From Bacilli bacterium (lineage in GTDB: Bacteria; Bacillota_I; Bacilli_A; RFN20; CAG-826), in NCBI GenBank assembly GCA_017635465.1, contig JAGBLL010000036.1, positions 76,078 through 140,077 of the forward strand: a DNA stretch of 64,000 bases. The letters are read 5' to 3'. Every line of letters begins with the position of its first letter. The first letter of the stretch is position 1. Below, piece after piece: positions 58,145 to 64,000 of the stretch. The translations under genes and the position numbers were made by a program. The notes beneath the pieces are model-generated. The model ran no database searches. It was not told the DNA's origin and saw nothing but the letters and a program-made list of their open reading frames with translations.

Positions 58145-60781
58145 TTATTTTCTTGGGTTTTTGATATTGGCTTGAGCAGCGGCTAATCTAGCGACTGGCA
58201 CACGGAATGGAGAGCAGGAGACATAGTCCAAACCGACTTTGTGATAGAATTCGATAGATTTTGCGTCGCCACCTGTTTCACCACAGACACCAACGTGGAG
58301 GTCTGGGCGGGTGCCACGGCCTAACTTAACGGCTAATTGGACTAATTTACCAACACCGTTTTGGTCTAAGGTCTTGAATGGATCTTCTTCAAAGATCTTT
58401 GTTTCGTAATAAGCTGGTAAGAATTTACCGGCGTCATCACGTGAGAAACCAAATGTCATTTGTGTTAAGTCGTTTGTACCAAATGAGAAGAATTCAGCGT
58501 CTTTAGCGATTTCATCAGCGAGTAATGCTGCACGTGGGATTTCAATCATGGTACCAACGTGATATTGCATTGCTAAGCCAGAATCTTTAATGAGTTTATC
58601 AGCGGTTTCGCAGATAATCTTCTTAACGAAGGCTAATTCTCTTTCTTCGAGTACTAATGGAACCATGATTTCTGGTTGCACTAATGTGCCTGTCTTCTTG
58701 CTAACGTTAATAGCGGCTTTGATAATAGCAGTTGTTTGCATACGGCAAATTTCTGGATATGTAACCGCTAAACGGCAACCACGGTGGCCCATCATTGGGT
58801 TAGCTTCGTGGAGTTCAGCAATTCTATCTTTGACATCAGCAACGCTTAAGTTAAGGGCATCTGCTAATTCCTTAATGAGTTCTTCTTCTTGTGGTAAGAA
58901 TTCATGTAGTGGTGGGTCTAATAAACGAACGTTAACATTGAATGGTAACATTGTTTCATAGAGGGCTTCGAAGTCAGCTTGTTGCATTGGTTCGATTTCT
59001 GCTAAAGCAGCTTCACGATCTTCGACTTTGTCAGCAAGAATCATTTTTCTCATGGAGAAGATTCTGTCTTTAGCGAAGAACATGTGTTCGGTACGGCAGA
59101 GACCAATACCTTCAGCACCGAAGATCTTAGCTTGTTTAGCATCTCTTGGTGTATCAGCATTTGTTCTAACTTTGAGGGCTCTATATTGATCAACCCAACC
59201 CATTAATCTACCGAAGTAACCAGCAGTTAAATCTGGTTCAACTGTCTTGATTTCACCTTCGTAGATTTTACCTGTACTACCATCTAAGGAGATGGTGTCT
59301 TTATCGGTGTACACTTTGTCACCAATGGTGAGTGTACGTTTTTCTTCATCGATAACAGCGGCAGCGCAACCACAGACGCAGCATTTACCCATACCACGGG
59401 CAACGACAGCGGCGTGTGATGTCATACCACCACGCATTGTTAAGATACCTTGAGCGGCAACCATACCGACGATATCTTCTGGAGATGTTTCGGCTCTGGC
59501 TAAGATAACTTTTTCACCAGCGTTCTTTCTGGCTTGAGCTTCTTCAGCAGTGAAAGCGATTTTACCTGTACCTGCACCTGGGCCAGCTGGTAAACCAGAG
59601 GCGATTGGTGTTTTCTTGGCTAAGTCGTCTTTATCAAAGCCTGGTAATAATAATTTATCAAAGCTGACTGGATCGATTCTTAAGACAGCTTCTTTTTCAT
59701 CGATTAAACCTTCGTCGACTAAATCACAAGCGATTTTTAAAGCGGCGGCTGGTGTTCTCTTACCATTACGTGTTTGTAAGAAGTATAATTTACCATCTTC
59801 AACGGTGAATTCCATATCTTGCATATCACGGTAGTGGTTTTCCATTAATTTAATGGTCTTGACGAATTGTTCGTAAACTTCTGGCATACGAGCTTTTAAT
59901 TCATCAATGTGGAGAGGTGTACGGATACCCGCGACGACGTCTTCACCTTGAGCGTTTGGTAAGTATTCAGCGGAGATGACTTTTTCACCTGTACCTGGGT
60001 TACGTGAGAACGCAACACCTGTACCTGATGTTTCACCTTTGTTACCGAAAGCCATGGATTGAACGTTAACAGCAGTGCCCCATGAATATGGGATGTTGTT
60101 CATCATACGATAAACGTTCGCTCTTGGATTGTCCCAGCTTCTGAAAACAGCGGCGACAGCTTCCATTAATTGAACTTTTGGATCAGTTGGGAATTCTTCA
60201 CCGAATGTCTTCTTGTAGTATTCTTTGTATTTAGCCACTAATTCTTTTAATTGTTCAGCAGTGACTTCAGTATCTAATTTGTAGCCGTTCTTTTTCTTTA
60301 AGTCATCTAACATTTTGTCCATGTCATCACGTGGGTGACCTTTGGCAATGTTTGTGAACATAAGAATGAAACGACGGTAGCTATCCATTGCGAATCTTTC
60401 GTTATTTGTTTCTTTAGCAATAGCAGCACATGTTGTTTCGTTTAAACCTAAATTTAAGATGGTATCCATCATACCTGGCATACTGACACGAGCGCCAGAA
60501 CGCACAGAAACTAATAATGGGTTTTTGCTTCCACCGAATGTTTTACCTGTTTTCTTTTCAATACCTTTGACGGCTTCGAAAATTTGATCAACGACAAACG
60601 CTGGAATTTCTTTACCGCTTTCGTAATAGAGTGTGCAAGCTTCGGTTGTAATTGTGAAACCTTCTGGAACTGGGACACCAATGTGGCTCATTTCCGCTAA
60701 ACCGGCACCCTTACCACCTAATAGTTCTTTTCCTAAACCATAGGCTTCATCGAAAGGGTAGACATATTTCTTTTCTGCCAT
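58145..60781 (-). CDS. ppdK: Pyruvate, phosphate dikinase
   Basis: LLGGKG, SVRSGA, GGMTSHAAVVARG (phospho-His), GLCRTEHM and SFGTNDLTQ motifs; 878 aa. Confidence 0.97.
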   Translation of the reverse strand: MAEKKYVYPFDEAYGLGKELLGGKGAGLAEMSHIGVPVPEGFTITTEACTLYYESGKEIPAFVVDQIFEAVKGIEKKTGKTFGGSKNPLLVSVRSGARVSMPGMMDTILNLGLNETTCAAIAKETNNERFAMDSYRRFILMFTNIAKGHPRDDMDKMLDDLKKKNGYKLDTEVTAEQLKELVAKYKEYYKKTFGEEFPTDPKVQLMEAVAAVFRSWDNPRANVYRMMNNIPYSWGTAVNVQSMAFGNKGETSGTGVAFSRNPGTGEKVISAEYLPNAQGEDVVAGIRTPLHIDELKARMPEVYEQFVKTIKLMENHYRDMQDMEFTVEDGKLYFLQTRNGKRTPAAALKIACDLVDEGLIDEKEAVLRIDPVSFDKLLLPGFDKDDLAKKTPIASGLPAGPGAGTGKIAFTAEEAQARKNAGEKVILARAETSPEDIVGMVAAQGILTMRGGMTSHAAVVARGMGKCCVCGCAAAVIDEEKRTLTIGDKVYTDKDTISLDGSTGKIYEGEIKTVEPDLTAGYFGRLMGWVDQYRALKVRTNADTPRDAKQAKIFGAEGIGLCRTEHMFFAKDRIFSMRKMILADKVEDREAALAEIEPMQQADFEALYETMLPFNVNVRLLDPPLHEFLPQEEELIKELADALNLSVADVKDRIAELHEANPMMGHRGCRLAVTYPEICRMQTTAIIKAAINVSKKTGTLVQPEIMVPLVLEERELAFVKKIICETADKLIKDSGLAMQYHVGTMIEIPRAALLADEIAKDAEFFSFGTNDLTQMTFGFSRDDAGKFLPAYYETKIFEEDPFKTLDQNGVGKLVQLAVKLGRGTRPDLHVGVCGETGGDAKSIEFYHKVGLDYVSCSPFRVPVARLAAAQANIKNPRK

Positions 60782-60939
60782 AATATTCCTCCTGCAGGCC
60801 TTTGTGAGTGTACCTCACAGCGCTTAAATATTATCATACATGTACGTTCATGCATACTTTTTTCTAAAAAAAGTTTCTTTCCAAGCGAATTCATATAAAC
60901 TATTTATATAGGGTCTTTTTCGTATTAGGAGAAACAGTC

Positions 60940-62490
60940 ATGAATGAGAATCCATTAGTATTAACGCTAGACTTTGGAACACAATCTGTTAGAACCGCTC
61001 TCATCAATAAGTCTGGCGACATCGTATACTTATCAAAAAAAGCGTATAAGCCAGTTTCGTTTGCGATTAAAACAGGCTATGCCGAACAATTCGCTGATTT
61101 CTACTGGGATAATCTTGTTGAATGCCTTAAAAAGTTGAGCAAAGAAAGTTTGGAAAATTTAAATGATATCGTCGCTATGACAGTGACAACTTTTAGAGAT
61201 TCCGCTGTATTACTAGACGAAAACAATAAACCTTTAAGACCAATTATCTTATGGATGGATCAACGCCTTGCAAAAGCGGAAGAAAAACTTCCTGCAATCC
61301 ATCGTTTCTTATTCAAACTAGTTGGTATGAAAGATGCAATCGATATGAACCGCACTCGTACCGCTGCTCACTGGATTAAAGAAAACGAACCAGAGATTTG
61401 GACTAAAACTAAAAAATACGTAAATATTTCCACATATATCAATTATCGCCTTACTGGCGAATTAGCGGATTCTCCAGGTGGATTAACTGGTCATTACCCA
61501 TTAAATTACAAGAAATCCGAATGGTATAAAGAAGGAGCGATGAAGGGAAGAATTTTTGGTATTCCCCAAAACATGCTCCCTCGTGTTGTTAAACCAGGTC
61601 AAGTCATTGGTCGATTAACTGATGAAATCGCAAAAGAATGCGGATTACCAAAAGGCATTAAATTAATATCCACGGGTAGTGATAAAGGCTGTGAAACAAT
61701 TGGCTTAGGTTGTTTAACTCCTGATATCGGTGCCTTATCATATGGCACAGCGTGCACAATTGAAGTTAGTAATCCAAAATATCATGAACCAGAACCATTC
61801 TTACCAGCTTATGCTGCAGCGGTTCCAAATTTATATAACTTGGATGTTCAAATCTATCGTGGATATTGGATGCTTAAATGGTTTGCTTCTGAATTCGCTA
61901 ACGAATTAGAAAAAGAAGCAAAAGAAAAAGGCTTACCAATTGAAGCCATTTTAGACCAATGGATTAATGATGTTCCTATCGGTTCTGATGGTTTAATACT
62001 TCAACCATATTGGGGTCCAGGTCTTGCTAGACCATTAGCGAAAGGTGCGATAATTGGCTTCTCAAGCGTCCATACACGTAAACACATCTACCGCGCTATC
62101 GTGGAAGGCATCGCATTTGCCTTACGCGAAGGCTTGGAAAGTATAGAAAAATCACAAAAACACAAAGTTAAATCACTAAGAATATCCGGTGGTGGTTCAC
62201 TTAGTGAAGAAATATGTCAAATCACCGCTGACATCTTTGGTTTAGAAATCGCAAGAGTGCAAACCATTGAATCCACCTCCCTAGGCGCTGCAATTGCAAC
62301 GTTCACTGCGATTGGTGAATTCCAAACAATCTATGATGCAGTTAATTCAATGACTAAAATCTCAAAAGTTTTCAAACCAAATATGGAAAACCACAAGAGG
62401 TACAATCAAATCTATCGAGAGGTTTACTTGAAAATTTATCCAAGATTAAATCCTCTGAATAGATTGATAAATAAATTATTTAAGAGGTAA
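60940..62490 (+). CDS. FGGY-family carbohydrate kinase
   Basis: DFGTQSVR, ILWMDQR, YRAIVEG, SGGGS and TSLGAA motifs. Confidence 0.9.
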   Translation: MNENPLVLTLDFGTQSVRTALINKSGDIVYLSKKAYKPVSFAIKTGYAEQFADFYWDNLVECLKKLSKESLENLNDIVAMTVTTFRDSAVLLDENNKPLRPIILWMDQRLAKAEEKLPAIHRFLFKLVGMKDAIDMNRTRTAAHWIKENEPEIWTKTKKYVNISTYINYRLTGELADSPGGLTGHYPLNYKKSEWYKEGAMKGRIFGIPQNMLPRVVKPGQVIGRLTDEIAKECGLPKGIKLISTGSDKGCETIGLGCLTPDIGALSYGTACTIEVSNPKYHEPEPFLPAYAAAVPNLYNLDVQIYRGYWMLKWFASEFANELEKEAKEKGLPIEAILDQWINDVPIGSDGLILQPYWGPGLARPLAKGAIIGFSSVHTRKHIYRAIVEGIAFALREGLESIEKSQKHKVKSLRISGGGSLSEEICQITADIFGLEIARVQTIESTSLGAAIATFTAIGEFQTIYDAVNSMTKISKVFKPNMENHKRYNQIYREVYLKIYPRLNPLNRLINKLFKR

Positions 62491-62495
62491 CAAAA

Positions 62496-63692
62496 ATGCA
62501 AAACTTTATTCTCATCTCCCCGCATTTCCCTGAAAATTACTACTTGTTTGCTGAATCTTTGAAGCGTAATGGCTTCCGTGTGCTAGGAATCGGAGACTGT
62601 CCGTATGAGAATTTAGGTTGGGAATTAAGAAATAATCTTGATGAGTATTATTGCTGCTGTGACATGGATAATTTCGACAACGAAATCAGAGCGGTGCAAT
62701 ACTTCTACGACAAATACGGTCCAATAGATTATCTGGAAAGTAATAATGAATATTGGTTAGCTAAGGACGCTGAACTTAGACAAATTTTTAATATTCCTAA
62801 TGGTGTTAGACCAGATGAATTAAAATTCTGGCAACACAAATCATTAATGAAACAACACTATAAAGAAGCAGGTGCTTTAGTCGCAGACTATATCTTAGTA
62901 TCTGATAAAGAATCTTTATTAAAGTTTATAGATAAGGTAGGTTATCCTGTTTTCATTAAACCAGACATTGGCGTTGGTGCAGCAGGCGATTTTAAAATCA
63001 CTAATGAAGAGGATGTTGATAATTTCTTCGATAAAAAAGAATCATGGATCACTTACATTTGTGAACAATTCATTGATGGCGACATCATCTCATTTGATGG
63101 CATATGTGATAACAATAGCAACGTCGTTTTCTGTGCTTCTAACTATTTCCCTCCATCAGTCGCGGATGTGGTTAAAGAAGGAAAAGACTTATTTTATTAC
63201 ACACTTCAATATGTGCCAGAAGATCTAAAAGAAATCGGTCAAAAAGTCGTCAAAGCTTTCGGTGTGAAAAAGAGATTTTTCCATTTAGAATTTTTTAGGT
63301 TAAATAAAGCTGTAAAAAATGTCGGCCAAAAAGGCGACATTGTTGCCCTTGAAACAAACATGAGACCCGCTGGTGGCTTTACACCTGATTTGATTAACTT
63401 CTCACAATCTGTTAACTGTTATCAAATTTGGGCGGATGTTATGGCCTTTGACGAGAACAGACAAGATTTAACTATGACAAAGTACTATGCTGCATGTGCT
63501 TCAAGACGTAATGGTATTTGGTATGCACATAGCGATAGTGAAATCCTAATGAAATATCGTGACCAATTATCCGCGGAAGGTTATTATCCATATGTCTTAA
63601 GTGGCGCAATGGGCGATCGTTTCTTTATGGCGAAGTTAAATAATCTTAAAGAAGTCGAAGAATTTAAAGAATTCGTCGAGCAAAGAATGTAA
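62496..63692 (+). CDS. ATP-grasp domain protein
   Basis: GYPVFIKPDIGVGA, EQFIDG, FHLEFF and ETNMRP motifs. Confidence 0.85.
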   Translation: MQNFILISPHFPENYYLFAESLKRNGFRVLGIGDCPYENLGWELRNNLDEYYCCCDMDNFDNEIRAVQYFYDKYGPIDYLESNNEYWLAKDAELRQIFNIPNGVRPDELKFWQHKSLMKQHYKEAGALVADYILVSDKESLLKFIDKVGYPVFIKPDIGVGAAGDFKITNEEDVDNFFDKKESWITYICEQFIDGDIISFDGICDNNSNVVFCASNYFPPSVADVVKEGKDLFYYTLQYVPEDLKEIGQKVVKAFGVKKRFFHLEFFRLNKAVKNVGQKGDIVALETNMRPAGGFTPDLINFSQSVNCYQIWADVMAFDENRQDLTMTKYYAACASRRNGIWYAHSDSEILMKYRDQLSAEGYYPYVLSGAMGDRFFMAKLNNLKEVEEFKEFVEQRM

Positions 63693-63694
63693 TT

Positions 63695-63835
63695 ATGGAC
63701 TATAAACCAACAAGACGTAAAAGAAGGAACAGATATTTCACTGGTGAAGACATTGATATGCTTCGCGAACGTGAAAGAGAAAGAAAACGCGATAGCCACA
63801 AGAATATTTGTGATACGAATATCGATGGTGCTTAA
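63695..63835 (+). CDS. Small Arg-rich hypothetical protein (46 aa)
   Basis: Below the ORF-track cutoff. MDYKPTRRKRRNRYFTGEDIDMLRERERERKRDSHKNICDTNIDGA starts 2 nt after the previous stop (taattatg, same junction as addB/addA). Confidence 0.5.
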   Translation: MDYKPTRRKRRNRYFTGEDIDMLRERERERKRDSHKNICDTNIDGA

Positions 63836-63939
63836 TGCGAAAATGTTACAACTGTAACCCATTGTAATTATAAGGCAATCACTTAATACTAGTTTTTGCC
63901 TTTTTAATTTGCAAAAATACAACTATCGGAGGGAGAAAT

Positions 63940-64000
63940 ATGGCTAATTATCAAATATTTACCGATTCAAGTTCTGATTTAACTCCAGAGCTTAGAAAAA
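63940..64000 (+). CDS. DegV-family protein, 5' fragment
   Basis: ggaggga SD, then MANYQIFTDSSSDLTPELRK, matching the DegV N-terminal TDSxxDL pattern; truncated by the window end. Confidence 0.7.
   Translation, partial: MANYQIFTDSSSDLTPELRK

Noticed and set aside
1592-63922. Numerous 60-145 aa alternative-frame and antisense ORFs in the track (e.g. 4752-5156, 27718-28068, 45052-45489, 58590-58961, 63584-63922)
   Set aside because: They overlap well-supported genes, lack recognisable motifs, and are expected shadows of biased codon usage.

Overview
AT-rich, standard-genetic-code chromosomal segment of a low-GC Firmicute. The Ser-rich lipoproteins and reduced AddAB are reminiscent of uncultured gut/rumen Bacilli, but this taxonomy is inference only. 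Left arm (1-18.9 kb): pckA with a Na+-translocating oxaloacetate decarboxylase operon, biotin ligase, HAD phosphatase, thyA-folA-asnA, addB-addA, an RluA-family gene, hsp20 under tandem CIRCE, and htpG. Centre (19.0-50.7 kb): a ~32-kb glycoside-utilisation island. It holds six GH3 beta-glycosidases (five with permuted domain order and membrane/secretion signals), four modular lipoproteins (Ig-like Big_2, CBM6/35-like, esterase, low-complexity linkers), two LytTR/GHKL two-component systems with visible 21-bp-period direct-repeat boxes, and a TetR. It contains no recognisable sugar transporter. Four island transcription units end in a shared 'anti-Shine-Dalgarno + GC hairpin' element. One GH3 ends in a collagen stalk plus a Cys-containing GCGGS-TM-basic tail resembling C-terminal sorting signals. 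Another GH3 is fused in-frame to an upstream membrane protein across an apparent TAG->CAG stop loss. Right arm (50.7-64 kb): an adenylating enzyme / MBOAT / two SGNH-DltD-like LRR proteins acylation cassette, nitroreductase, ppdK, FGGY kinase, ATP-grasp protein, a small basic ORF and the start of a DegV gene. Several genes appear to be leaderless. No rRNA, tRNA, CRISPR array or mobile element was recognised.
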